Shown here: positions 30,620 through 39,920 of the stretch, one piece after another
Numbering within the stretch: position 1 is the first letter of the stretch
Layout: each line of letters opens with the position of its first letter
DNA from: Candidatus Latescibacterota bacterium
GTDB taxonomy: Bacteria > Latescibacterota > UBA2968 > UBA8231
Length of the DNA stretch: 64,000 nucleotides
NCBI GenBank assembly: GCA_963422735.1
Contig: OY730476.1
Span: forward strand, 3,360,001 to 3,424,000
Direction of reading: 5' to 3'
Notes under the pieces: generated by a model
Told to the model about the DNA's origin: nothing
Databases searched by the model: none
The model's input: only the letters and a program-made list of their open reading frames with translations
Program-made: the position numbers and the translations under genes

Positions 30620-31438
30620 ATGGCCCCCAAGAAAGTCTTAATTACCGGCGTTTGCGGATTGATCGCCGGGGCTGTGTATCGGCATCTGCGCACCCAACCT
30701 GACCGCTATGACCTTTATGGCCTAGCGCGGCGGTCCCAGCTTTCGGAGCGGGCACCCGAAGACGCAGGGTTGGGAATTTCCGAAGAGAAGTTCATCCTCG
30801 CAGACCTGACCGACTACAACGCGATAGCGAAGGCCGTCGAGGGCATGGACATGGTCGTGCAGCTAGCCGCCGACCCGCGGCCAGATGCTAGTTGGGAGAG
30901 CCTGCTCAGCAGCAATATCATCGGGCCGCGCAATGTGCTGGAGGCCGCGCGCCGCGCTGGCGTCAGGCGCGTGGTCTTCGCCAGCTCGATCATGGTGTCT
31001 TGGGGCTACCAACAGGAGGATCCGTACAAGGCAATCTCCGAAGGGCGCTTCGATGCGGTCGATGCTGGTCAGGTCCAGGTCGTGACCCACGAGTGGCCGC
31101 ATCGACCCACTGGTCTCTATCCGGCGACTAAAATTTGGGGCGAAGCCCTAGCGCGCTACTACGCCGACGTACACAATATGTCGGTTCCCTGTCTGCGCAT
31201 CGGCTGGGTCAATGCCGAAGACCACCCGCGCGATGAGCGGGGCGGTGCTATCTGGTGCAGTCAGCGCGACGTGGTCCAGCTCGTGCAGCGCGCCATCGAG
31301 GCTCCCGCGGACTTGCGCTTTGATATTTTTTACGGAGTGTCTAACAACCGCTGGCGCTGGGTCGATATCGACCATCCGCGCGAGGTCTTGGGCTATATCC
31401 CAGCAGACAGTGCTGAAGAGAAATTGGGGCTGGCTTGA
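30620..31438 (+). CDS. NAD(P)-dependent epimerase/dehydrogenase (extended SDR, uronate dehydrogenase-like)
   Basis: VLITGVCGLIA, VVFASS, YPATK, LRIG. Confidence 0.85.
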   Translation: MAPKKVLITGVCGLIAGAVYRHLRTQPDRYDLYGLARRSQLSERAPEDAGLGISEEKFILADLTDYNAIAKAVEGMDMVVQLAADPRPDASWESLLSSNIIGPRNVLEAARRAGVRRVVFASSIMVSWGYQQEDPYKAISEGRFDAVDAGQVQVVTHEWPHRPTGLYPATKIWGEALARYYADVHNMSVPCLRIGWVNAEDHPRDERGGAIWCSQRDVVQLVQRAIEAPADLRFDIFYGVSNNRWRWVDIDHPREVLGYIPADSAEEKLGLA

Positions 31439-31442
31439 GCTA

Positions 31443-32000
31443 ATGGGCCGTGTGCCTAAAACCAAAACGGACCTATTGTCCGTCAAGCTCTTCTTTCTCG
31501 TCCTAGGGGCGATTGTCGCCTACCATGTCGTTGATTGGATGCGCGGCGCGCCGGAATGGGAGAAGCGGAGCTATGAGCCGGGGGCCTTCGCAGTGCAGAT
31601 GGCCGGCCGGCCCAATCTGCGCAAGCTGCGCGAGCCATTGTCCTTTGGCGAGGTAGAGTTCCAATACCTGATGTTCGAGCGCACCGAGGTGCAATACGCC
31701 GTTGCCTACGGGGATGTGCCCGAGGCTGTCCAAGCCGACAGTGCGATTGCCGCGCACCGAGATGCCATATTGCGGAAGGTGAAGGGGACGATCCTGTCGG
31801 AAGCCACCGTTGAGATGGACGGGCATCCCGCTTGGCAGACGCAGATACAAGCTGCGGACCAAAGCCTCTTGCGATTGCAGAGCCTACAGGTGGGCCAGCG
31901 GCTCTACAGCTTGATGGCGGTCGGAGCACCTTACGCGTTTGACGACCCCTCGGATGTCGAGCGATTTTTTGCGTCCTTCAGGCTCGCCAAGCCCCAATGA
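31443..32000 (+). CDS. Hypothetical membrane-anchored protein
   Basis: One N-terminal TM; ends VERFFASFRL; operon spacing. Confidence 0.7.
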   Translation: MGRVPKTKTDLLSVKLFFLVLGAIVAYHVVDWMRGAPEWEKRSYEPGAFAVQMAGRPNLRKLREPLSFGEVEFQYLMFERTEVQYAVAYGDVPEAVQADSAIAAHRDAILRKVKGTILSEATVEMDGHPAWQTQIQAADQSLLRLQSLQVGQRLYSLMAVGAPYAFDDPSDVERFFASFRLAKPQ

Positions 32001-32013
32001 TAAGGAGTGCCGA

Positions 32014-33063
32014 GTGAAGCTACTCAAAGAGTTATGCGAAAGTGCGGGGGTGCCCGGCCGGGAGGATCGACTGCGCGAGATTGTGCGGCGGGAGCTGACG
32101 CCCCTGACCGATGAGATGCGAGTGGATGCCTTGGGCAACTTGATCGCCGTGAAAAAGGCGAGCAAGAGCAAAAAGGCCAAGAAGCTAATGATCGCTGCGC
32201 ACATGGACGAGATCGGTTTCGCGGTTTCGCACATCGACGAGCGGGGCCTTTTGCGGCTGGTGCCTTTAGGTGGGCACGATCCGCGCAATATGGTGGCCCA
32301 AAGGGTCGTCGTCAGCGGCAAGAAGCGCGACTTGCCGGGTCTGCTCTACCCAGGTATCAAACCGCCGCACATCCAGACGGTGGCCGACCGCGATGCCAAG
32401 CTGGCTATCAGCGACTTTATCGTCGATCTGTACCTGTCGCCGGCCAAGGTCAAGCGCGAGGTCGAGCTTGGCGCAATGGTGACGTTGCAGCGGGATTTTG
32501 CTGAAATCGGCGATGGGGTTTCTTGCAAGGCGATGGATGACCGGGTTGCGCTCTACGTGATGATCCGCGCTATGCAGCAGGCCAAGACCTTTGGCTGCGA
32601 GATCTATGCGGTGGCCACTGCACAGGAGGAGATTGGCTTGCGGGGTGCCCAGGTAAGTGCGTTTGGGATTGAGCCAGATCTAGGGGTGGCCCTAGACGTG
32701 ACGCTGGCGGCCGATATTCCGGGGATACCCGAGCACGAGCAGGTGACGCGCTTAGGGCAGGGCGCGGCGATTAAATTGCTGGACTCGTCGGCGATCTCGC
32801 ACCCGGGCTTGGTGGCCCGACTCAGAGGGCTGGCGAAGAAAAGAAAAATCAAATGCCAATTGGAAGTCCTCCCCCTCGGCGGCACGGACGCTGGGGCCAT
32901 GCAAAGGGTTCGGTCCGGTGTGCCGGTAGCGACGATTTCCGTGCCGACTCGCTACATTCACACTTCGGTCGAGCTAGTTGACAAAGGCGATTTACAAGCG
33001 GCCGTGGATTTGCTGACCGCCTTTCTCGAAGAGGGCCATCGGGCCGACTTGACGCTCGTCTGA
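32014..33063 (+). CDS. M42 family metallopeptidase
   Basis: AAHMDEIG, KAMDDR, QEEIGLRGA, GGTDA, RYIHT. Confidence 0.93.
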   Translation: MKLLKELCESAGVPGREDRLREIVRRELTPLTDEMRVDALGNLIAVKKASKSKKAKKLMIAAHMDEIGFAVSHIDERGLLRLVPLGGHDPRNMVAQRVVVSGKKRDLPGLLYPGIKPPHIQTVADRDAKLAISDFIVDLYLSPAKVKREVELGAMVTLQRDFAEIGDGVSCKAMDDRVALYVMIRAMQQAKTFGCEIYAVATAQEEIGLRGAQVSAFGIEPDLGVALDVTLAADIPGIPEHEQVTRLGQGAAIKLLDSSAISHPGLVARLRGLAKKRKIKCQLEVLPLGGTDAGAMQRVRSGVPVATISVPTRYIHTSVELVDKGDLQAAVDLLTAFLEEGHRADLTLV

Positions 33064-33155
33064 ACAACTGATGTTACGCAGTTTTCCAGACAATCCTTAA
33101 TTTCGCTCCAATATCTTGGATAACAGGCTTTGATAAACTACAAGATAGAAAACTA

Positions 33156-33344
33156 ATGCGTAACTTTAGTTATAAGAAAGGGACGAGAAAGCGATTGAAG
33201 CACGAAAGTGAGCGTTTGGGAGTACGTGAGACGAGTGAAGATGAAAAGAGCAAAGGAAAATGGGCACGGGCTATAAGATCGTCTCGTGAGAAGAGAGCAG
33301 AGTTTGAGGAGATAGAGAGGGCTGAAAATCAGAAGCGGGACTAA
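33156..33344 (+). CDS. Possible small charged protein in a low-GC patch
   Basis: 62 aa ORF, no recognised motif. Confidence 0.3.
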   Translation: MRNFSYKKGTRKRLKHESERLGVRETSEDEKSKGKWARAIRSSREKRAEFEEIERAENQKRD

Positions 33345-33388
33345 ATTTAGTCCATTGATTGAGTTATGATTTCGCAAGGAGGTCTAAG

Positions 33389-33634
33389 GTGGAGAGTACT
33401 CTGATTGCTATTGGCGGCGTGGCTATTCTGGGGTTTCTGTGGAAAATTCGCGGGGATATTCCCGCCTTGGATCGGCGGCTCATCGAGCGCATTGGGGCCG
33501 TTGATGTCTCGTTGGGTAATAGAATTTCGGTGCTCGGTAAGCGCGTGGCCCGCATTGAGGGTTTGCTGGAAGGCTTGCACCGAGACGCGCCCCGATACCC
33601 CATCTCGGCTCCCAAGGAAATCCAGCGTCCGTGA
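33389..33634 (+). CDS. Small protein with N-terminal TM and coiled coil
   Basis: AAGGAGG RBS + GTG; ...GKRVARIEGLLEGL. Confidence 0.6.
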   Translation: MESTLIAIGGVAILGFLWKIRGDIPALDRRLIERIGAVDVSLGNRISVLGKRVARIEGLLEGLHRDAPRYPISAPKEIQRP

Positions 33635-33661
33635 TTTCAAGCAAAAAAATAGGAGTCCCGA

Positions 33662-34607
33662 ATGACTTACGCGACCGAACGCGAAATCGAGGACTATCTT
33701 ACCGCCAATCCTGAAGAGATCGAGCCCGGCCTCACTCTGATCGCGCGCCAGCCTAAAGTCGGCAGCGACAAAGATGGACGTCGCGTGATCGTCGAGCTCA
33801 AAGCCGACGCCCTCGCCCGCAATGCAGTCGCTCAGCCGTCGAGTACGCTGCTTGGTTCCACAACGCGGGACTCGACGATATTGCCAATGCCATCGCCGGC
33901 AACCCGCACTTTGAGTACATTGAACCGATCACCAACCTCCCCAAGTCAAGTGGCACCGCACTCACTTCTCAGGCCGCAACGTAAACAGCATGCTTCCTCC
34001 GCGCATCGTGCTCGTCGGTGACGACCCTGACTTGACCACTCAACGCATCGTCGAATTTCTCGTCGAACACGATATTATGATCAAATTCCTGAACTTGGAC
34101 AGCCTTGCAGCTAATGCCCCTCGTGCCCTCGCTCTCGAAGTCAAGCAACCCCTCAGATGCTCCCCGAGGACGAGCGTAACAAACAAGGAACAGCTCGACC
34201 AGAACATCGATCATCATGGCGTCACTGGGTTGTTCGCAGCAGCTCGCGCCATGCTCACCGATCAGCTTCCCAACCTGACTCCAGTGGTCTATCCCGTCGG
34301 CATCTTCTACGCCATCCACTAAGACGGCCGTAAAACCAATTACATCGGGCTCGATGTCAATCGGAGCGACAAGGGTTCCATCGTCCTCATCGTTTTCAAG
34401 GACGCCTCCAGCCTGATTGGCAGCGAGGCCCTCGCCCCGCTGTGCAGTGCCCTCAATGGGCAGCCCGGCAGCGATCGTTTCTACAAGCACTTTGATACGC
34501 TCTTCAAGATCACATCTCTCGAACACTGGAGGCAACACCGCTTCGCCACCGCTGCCCTTGCCGCTAACCTGAATAGCAAGCTCCAAGCCGAACAGAATCC
34601 CCACTGA
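33662..34607 (+). pseudogene. Degraded NucS-like PD-(D/E)xK endonuclease gene
   Basis: EREIEDYL...VIVELK...AVAQ then frameshift to AVEYAAW; second break before LPPRIVLVG; internal TAA at 34320 with frame open again to 34607. Confidence 0.7.
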
Positions 34608-34648
34608 TGGACGAAACCAAGCACTCGGACGTGGGGACGAAAAGAACA

Positions 34649-34678
34649 TAAAAAAGCCCCTGATTTTTCAGGGGCTTA
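34649..34678 (-). terminator. Terminator downstream of the tRNA-Val 3' end
   Basis: AAGCCCCTGA-TTTT-TCAGGGGCTT hairpin with T tract on the minus strand. Confidence 0.7.
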
Positions 34679-34683
34679 GAAGA

Positions 34684-34734
34684 TGGTGGGCGATACTAGA
34701 CTTGAACTAGTGACCTCCTGCATGTCAAGCAGGC
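34684..34734 (-). mobile_element. Prophage att site: 3' 51 nt of tRNA-Val(GAC)
   Basis: GCCTGC-TTGACAT-GCAGG-AGGTCACTAGTTCAAGTCTAGTATCGCCCACCA; D-arm and 5' acceptor strand absent. Confidence 0.88.
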
Positions 34735-35206
34735 TATACGATATTATTTTACATATACTTATGATCCTATACACAAGAAAATCCCAAGATGCACTCATAT
34801 CGCTGGCCTATGATTAGTGGGTAAACGGGATACATCCGGCGCGGAAAACTAGGGATTCTAGGACGGATTAGAATTGGGCTTGACCCCCAATTTCTCCATC
34901 GTATATTGTCGGTACAGCACTTGGCTAAAAAGCAAAAAAACACGGATGCGTACTCATCCTGAGTACTCGTCTGTGTTTTTTTATGCCCGCCGCGGCAGGC
35001 GAGGTGGCCATCGAGTACGCGGTCGCTACGCTCGGGTGTCTGCCGTCTGGCCGCTGGCCGGGGGCCGAGGAGGTTCCCCGGCCAGCCTTTCTCCTGTCCT
35101 GTACGTCGTCAAGGGGGGGGTAAAGTAGAAAGGGGCGCTGCTGGTAAACCGTTGCGCCCTTTCTTCCGTTTTTTGTCGCGAATTTCTCGATTTTTGCTAG
35201 GTCATC

Positions 35207-35470
35207 ATGAGCAAGGTCCAAACCCTTCGCTGGTATGGCCGTCTCCGCCGTCGGCTGTTGTCAGAGGAGCCCTTGTGTCGGATCTGCCAAGGGGCGGGCT
35301 ATACGGTGGCGGCGGTCGAACTGGATCACATTGAGCCGGTATCGCGTCGGCCCGATCTGGCGGCCGAGCCGACCAACCTCCAGCCGTTGTGTCGCGCCTG
35401 TCACGAGGCAAAAACCGCCCAGGAGAACCGCCGGCGCGTGGGCGCGACGCTGGCGGGCGACCTGATATGA
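35207..35470 (+). CDS. Phage HNH endonuclease (terminase cofactor type)
   Basis: PLCRIC...LDHIEP...NLQPLCRACHEAKT. Confidence 0.9.
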   Translation: MSKVQTLRWYGRLRRRLLSEEPLCRICQGAGYTVAAVELDHIEPVSRRPDLAAEPTNLQPLCRACHEAKTAQENRRRVGATLAGDLI

Positions 35471-35907
35471 AGCGCGGCCCTAAGCCCAAGCCGCTGGCTC
35501 TCAAAGTGGTAGAGGGCAATCCGGGCAAGCGCCGCTTGCCGCCGCCCGATCCGAGCACCGCCCCGCTGGGCAAGCCGCCTTCTGAGTTGACGCAGGTCGA
35601 ACGGGCGATGTGGCGTCGGGTGGCGCGAGAATGCCCGTGGCTGAGGAAGGCGGACCGGATGCTCGTGGAAACCTACTGCCGGGCGTGGATTCAGATGGTG
35701 GTGGCCGATAGGAAGCTGGTACAGGCGGTGGTCGTGGACGCTGATCGATCTACGCTGACGCCGTTGCAACGAATGCTTGACCAAGCACGCAACGCCTGCC
35801 TGCGGATGATGGCGGAGATGGGGGCGACGGCCAGCAGCCGGGCGCGGGTGGAGGGCTTTGGGCGTACCGACCCGTCTGCTGATCCGGCGCAGCAGTATTT
35901 CGCATAA
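35467..35907 (+). CDS. Terminase small subunit (P27 family)
   Basis: RGPKPKPLALKVVEGNPGKR, EMGATASSRAR. Confidence 0.88.
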   Translation: MKRGPKPKPLALKVVEGNPGKRRLPPPDPSTAPLGKPPSELTQVERAMWRRVARECPWLRKADRMLVETYCRAWIQMVVADRKLVQAVVVDADRSTLTPLQRMLDQARNACLRMMAEMGATASSRARVEGFGRTDPSADPAQQYFA

Positions 35908-36653
35908 TGAACATCCAATACCTGGCCCCTGACGCGTTGAAGCCCTATCCTGGCAATCCGCGCCGCATCCCCCAATCGGCGATAGACGCGGTAGCCACGT
36001 CTATCGCCCAGTACGGGTTCCGTCAGCCTATCGTGATCGATGCTGATGCTGTGGTCATCGTCGGGCACACTCGTCTTGCGGCGGCGCAACAGCTTGGTCT
36101 GGCGTCTGTACCGGTTCATATGGCGAGCCTCACGCCAGACCAGGCGCGGGCGTACCGGCTGGCGGACAACCGCACTGGCGAGTGTGCCGGGTGGGATACA
36201 GACGCGTTGTCGGCCGAATTATCGGCATTGGCCACCGCGCTGAATGCCGACCTCGCGGCGCTGTCTGAGCGTAGCGCATTCGATGCAACGGAATTGGACC
36301 GCCTGCTTGGGCGGTCGTCGAGCCCGACCGATCCCGATGAGGTGCCCGAACCACTCGCTGCGCCGATCCCGAAGCGGGGTGATCTGTGGCGGCTCGGCCC
36401 CCACCGGCTGATGTGCGGCGACAGCACCCATGCCGAGGATGTAGGGCGGTTGCTCGGTGGGGCGGTACCGAACCTGATGGTGACCGACCCGCCATATGGG
36501 GTTGCCTATGAACCGGCGTGGAGAAATAGGGTTTTGAGATCGGATGGCTCGCCCACCGATGGGCGAGCCATAGGCCGACCTAAGAACGACGACCGCGTCG
36601 ACTGGTGCGCTGCGTGGGCCCTGTTTCCCGGCGCACAGGCCGAGCGGCTATGA
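35907..36653 (+). CDS. ParB-N domain fused to a truncated N4/N6 DNA methylase
   Basis: PYPGNPR, IVGHTR, YRLADNR, HRLMCGDST, TDPPYG; ends before any SAM-binding motif. Confidence 0.8.
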   Translation: MNIQYLAPDALKPYPGNPRRIPQSAIDAVATSIAQYGFRQPIVIDADAVVIVGHTRLAAAQQLGLASVPVHMASLTPDQARAYRLADNRTGECAGWDTDALSAELSALATALNADLAALSERSAFDATELDRLLGRSSSPTDPDEVPEPLAAPIPKRGDLWRLGPHRLMCGDSTHAEDVGRLLGGAVPNLMVTDPPYGVAYEPAWRNRVLRSDGSPTDGRAIGRPKNDDRVDWCAAWALFPGAQAERL

Positions 36654-38431
36654 GCGATCCTGTCACCACGTATGCCCAATCCGTCGTCGCCGGCCAGACG
36701 CTGGCCGGCCCGGCGGTGCGAGCGGCTTGTGCACGTCATGTGCGCGACTTGGAGCGGGACGATCTGCACTTTGATGCGCCGGCGGCGGTGCGGGTGCTCG
36801 GCTTCTTCGGCGACGTGCTGCGCCTTTCCGCCGGTGCGCACGAAGGCCAGCCCTTCCAACTGCTGCCCTGGCAACAGTTCATCGTCGGCTCGCTATATGG
36901 CTGGCAGCACCAGGAGGGCCGGCGGCGGTTTCGCCGGGCGTACATCGAAGTGGCCAAAGGTAGCGGCAAGAGTCCACTGGCGGCGGGCTTGGTCCTGTAC
37001 TCGATCTGCGCCGATGGCGAGCCCCGTGCTGAGGCGTATGTGCTTGCGCGCACGGCCGACCAAGCCCTGGTTACGTTCCGCGCCGCCGTCGCGATGGTCG
37101 AGCAGTCGCCCGCCTTAGCCCAGCGCTTGCGCATCAGCGGCGGCCAAAATCCCTACAACATCGCCCACCTCGACAGCATGAGCTTTGCTCGTCGGATGTC
37201 CAGCGAGCAGCACGGCAAGGGCAAGTCCGGTCCCTTACCCCACCTGATTGTCTGCGACGAGTACCACGAGCACGACACGCCGGCCATGCTGGAGTTTTTC
37301 GATGCGGGCACCAAAAGCCGCCGCCAGCCGCTGACGCTGATTATCACCAATGCTGGCTCGGGTGCCGATTCGCCCTGTGGCCAAGAGCACACCTATGCGA
37401 TGCGCGTGGCCGAAGGCACGGTCGCAGACGATGCCTATTTCTCCTACGTGTGCGCACTCGACGAGGCCGACGACCCGTTTGCTTCCGAGGCCTGCTGGCC
37501 GAAAGCCAACCCTTCATTGCCCCATATCCCAGGGTATGAGTACCTACGCAACCAGCAGGCTAAGGCGCAGGGGATGCCTTCCAAGTCCGCCCTAGTCGAG
37601 CGCCTTAACTTTTGCCGCTGGACCGATGCGGAAAGCCCGTGGCTTTCCCGCGAGAAATGGTTGGCCATCGAGGTGGACCAGCTACCGGCGGCGATTGAGA
37701 CCGCGCCTTGTTATGCAGCCATTGACTTGGCACTTAAAGCCGATCTGACCGCCGGTGCCTTAGTATGGGATGTATCGGACGGCGAGACGGCACGCTACGC
37801 GGGGCGGGTTATGGTCTGGACGCCCCAAGAGACGCTGGAGCAGCGGGCTGACCGTGATGGTGCGCCCTATGTAGCGTGGGCGCAAGCCGGCCATTTGATG
37901 GCCGTGCCCGGTGCTGTGATGCATTTCAGTCCGGTCGCGCAGTGGCTAGCGGCGGCGGCCAGCACCTATGACCTGCGGGGGGTGGCCTATGACCCGTGGA
38001 AGATAGATTTACTAGAGGGGGCCTTGGACGAGGCGGGCTTGCCCACCACGCGCGACGCGGGGCTGCCCGGCCTGTTGTTGGCCCCCCATCCGCAAGGCTT
38101 TGTCGCGGGCTCGAAGTCGGGGGCCGATGGCCGCGTCCCCCTGTGGATGCCGCGGTCCATTGATGCGCTGGAGGCCGCCGTTCTTTCGGAGACGATCCAC
38201 GTCGAGCGCAACCCGGCGCTGCGCTGGGCGGCCTTGGGCGCGGTGATCATCGCCGACGCCAGCGACAACCGCCGGCTGACCAAGCGCAAATCAACCACCC
38301 GCATCGATGCGCTGGTGGCCCTGACGATGGCTTGTGGGTTTGCCGCCGCCGGCGAGCACCAAGAGCGCAACCCCTTAGTGGACTACTACACTCAGGCCGG
38401 GACGATCCCGGCCTGGGATTGGAGGGTATGA
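36650..38431 (+). CDS. Terminase large subunit
   Basis: AKGSGKS Walker A, CDEYHE Walker B, WPKANP, AYDPW, RIDALVA. Confidence 0.93.
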   Translation: MSDPVTTYAQSVVAGQTLAGPAVRAACARHVRDLERDDLHFDAPAAVRVLGFFGDVLRLSAGAHEGQPFQLLPWQQFIVGSLYGWQHQEGRRRFRRAYIEVAKGSGKSPLAAGLVLYSICADGEPRAEAYVLARTADQALVTFRAAVAMVEQSPALAQRLRISGGQNPYNIAHLDSMSFARRMSSEQHGKGKSGPLPHLIVCDEYHEHDTPAMLEFFDAGTKSRRQPLTLIITNAGSGADSPCGQEHTYAMRVAEGTVADDAYFSYVCALDEADDPFASEACWPKANPSLPHIPGYEYLRNQQAKAQGMPSKSALVERLNFCRWTDAESPWLSREKWLAIEVDQLPAAIETAPCYAAIDLALKADLTAGALVWDVSDGETARYAGRVMVWTPQETLEQRADRDGAPYVAWAQAGHLMAVPGAVMHFSPVAQWLAAAASTYDLRGVAYDPWKIDLLEGALDEAGLPTTRDAGLPGLLLAPHPQGFVAGSKSGADGRVPLWMPRSIDALEAAVLSETIHVERNPALRWAALGAVIIADASDNRRLTKRKSTTRIDALVALTMACGFAAAGEHQERNPLVDYYTQAGTIPAWDWRV

Positions 38432-39672
38432 TGGCCTTCGAGTTCGTGCGACGCCTCTTTCAACGGCTCCCTCAACCCGACCCGGACGACCCTGGCTTCT
38501 ACCGCCACTCGGCCGCTCCAACGGCTACGGCCTTGGCGGCGATACCCGCGGCGTATGCGGCCATCGGCCTGTTGGCCTCCAGCTTGGCGCAGTTGCCGCG
38601 CACGGTGGTGCGCCAGGACGACCCGCTCGACGATTACTGGACGCCCGAGCCGACCCACCCGGTGTCCGTCTTGCTGCGCTACCCATCGCGCTTGGTAGAC
38701 CCTTGGCTGTTTTGGGAGTGGCTGTTTCGCGGTTTGTTCACCCACGGCAATGCGTACGCTTGGATTCGTCGCGACGGAGCAGGTCGGCCGCTAGAGCTGG
38801 TCCCCGCAACCTGTGTGCATAGCCAGTGGGCTACGACCCGCCGGGTGGCCTACGACTTGGAGCTATGGGGGGTAGCCGACGCGGGCGGGGCCCCGCCGGG
38901 CATCCGAGCGTGGGCAAGCGACGTGATCGCGCTACACGGGCCGGGCTTTGAGGGCCTGTCCAGTCCCAGTCCGATCCAGTATGCGGCGCGGCGCACCCTC
39001 GAGGCTATGGCGGAGGCTACTACCCACCAGCAAGCACTCTTGCAGGGGGTCAACATTCGGACGGCGATCAAGGCCGACCCCTCGTTGGTTCGGTTGAACA
39101 AGGAACAATTAGATGCCTACCGCGAGAGTCTAAAGAAAACGTATGAGGGGGCGCGTAAGGCCGGCCAAGTGCCGGTGCTGCCGCCGGGCTTCGACTTGGC
39201 CACAGCCGGAGGTCTGTCGGCGACCGACCTCCAATTGATTGAGTTGCTCAAGTGGTCGGTCGAAGACATCGCCCGGGTGTATGACGTGCCGCCGCGCCGG
39301 CTGGGACACTATCACGCGGGCGTACGCTTTTCCACGTCCATTGAGGCGGATTCGGTCGAGTTCGAGCGCCGGCTGACTTCCCACATCCGCCGCGTCGAAG
39401 CCCAGTTGAGCGCCACGCTGTTGTCGAGGGACGACGCCGAGCGCGGCTTGGTCGTGTGCATACCGTCGGACCGCATCCGTGCGGGGAGCTGGTCCGAGCG
39501 CGTGGCGGCCGTGGACCAAGCGGTGGCCAAGGCCGGGGTGATAACCATCAACGAAGGGCGCCGGCACTTGCGCCTGCCGCCGCGGCCCGACGGCGACCGG
39601 CTGCTCCAGCCCAAAGGTGCGCCCGCGCAAACGCAAGAGACGGTCGGCGCCCCAGACGATGACGCCGCCTGA
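38428..39672 (+). CDS. Portal protein (HK97 family)
   Basis: HGNAYAWI, DIARVYDVPP, TINEGR; follows terL. Confidence 0.9.
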   Translation: MMAFEFVRRLFQRLPQPDPDDPGFYRHSAAPTATALAAIPAAYAAIGLLASSLAQLPRTVVRQDDPLDDYWTPEPTHPVSVLLRYPSRLVDPWLFWEWLFRGLFTHGNAYAWIRRDGAGRPLELVPATCVHSQWATTRRVAYDLELWGVADAGGAPPGIRAWASDVIALHGPGFEGLSSPSPIQYAARRTLEAMAEATTHQQALLQGVNIRTAIKADPSLVRLNKEQLDAYRESLKKTYEGARKAGQVPVLPPGFDLATAGGLSATDLQLIELLKWSVEDIARVYDVPPRRLGHYHAGVRFSTSIEADSVEFERRLTSHIRRVEAQLSATLLSRDDAERGLVVCIPSDRIRAGSWSERVAAVDQAVAKAGVITINEGRRHLRLPPRPDGDRLLQPKGAPAQTQETVGAPDDDAA

Positions 39673-39679
39673 GTGCCCT

Positions 39680-39889
39680 ATGACGCCGGCGGAGTTTCGG
39701 GCCGCCCGCCAAGCGCTGCGGATGACCGTGATCGAGCTAGCCTATGCGCTCTCGGTGCATCCACGCACGGTACGCCGCTGGCAAAACGGGAGCACACCGG
39801 TGCCCGGAGTGGCGGCTGTGGCCCTACGGGGTTTGCTCGGAGCATTCCAAGCGCGGACAGGATGTCCGGCGGACAAAATGCCATCTTGA
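39680..39889 (+). CDS. Small XRE-type HTH protein
   Basis: MTPAEFRAARQALRMT..ELA..L.VHPRTVRRWQNG. Confidence 0.75.
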   Translation: MTPAEFRAARQALRMTVIELAYALSVHPRTVRRWQNGSTPVPGVAAVALRGLLGAFQARTGCPADKMPS

Positions 39890-39920
39890 CAGTTTTCAGA
39901 CACAAGGGAAATTCAGGGGT

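Noticed and set aside
33969-34649. 226-aa minus-strand ORF
   Set aside because: Antisense to the NucS-like pseudogene, with no recognisable motif.
34684-34760. Functional tRNA-Val(GAC)
   Set aside because: D-arm and 5' acceptor strand are missing; interpreted as an att duplicate.
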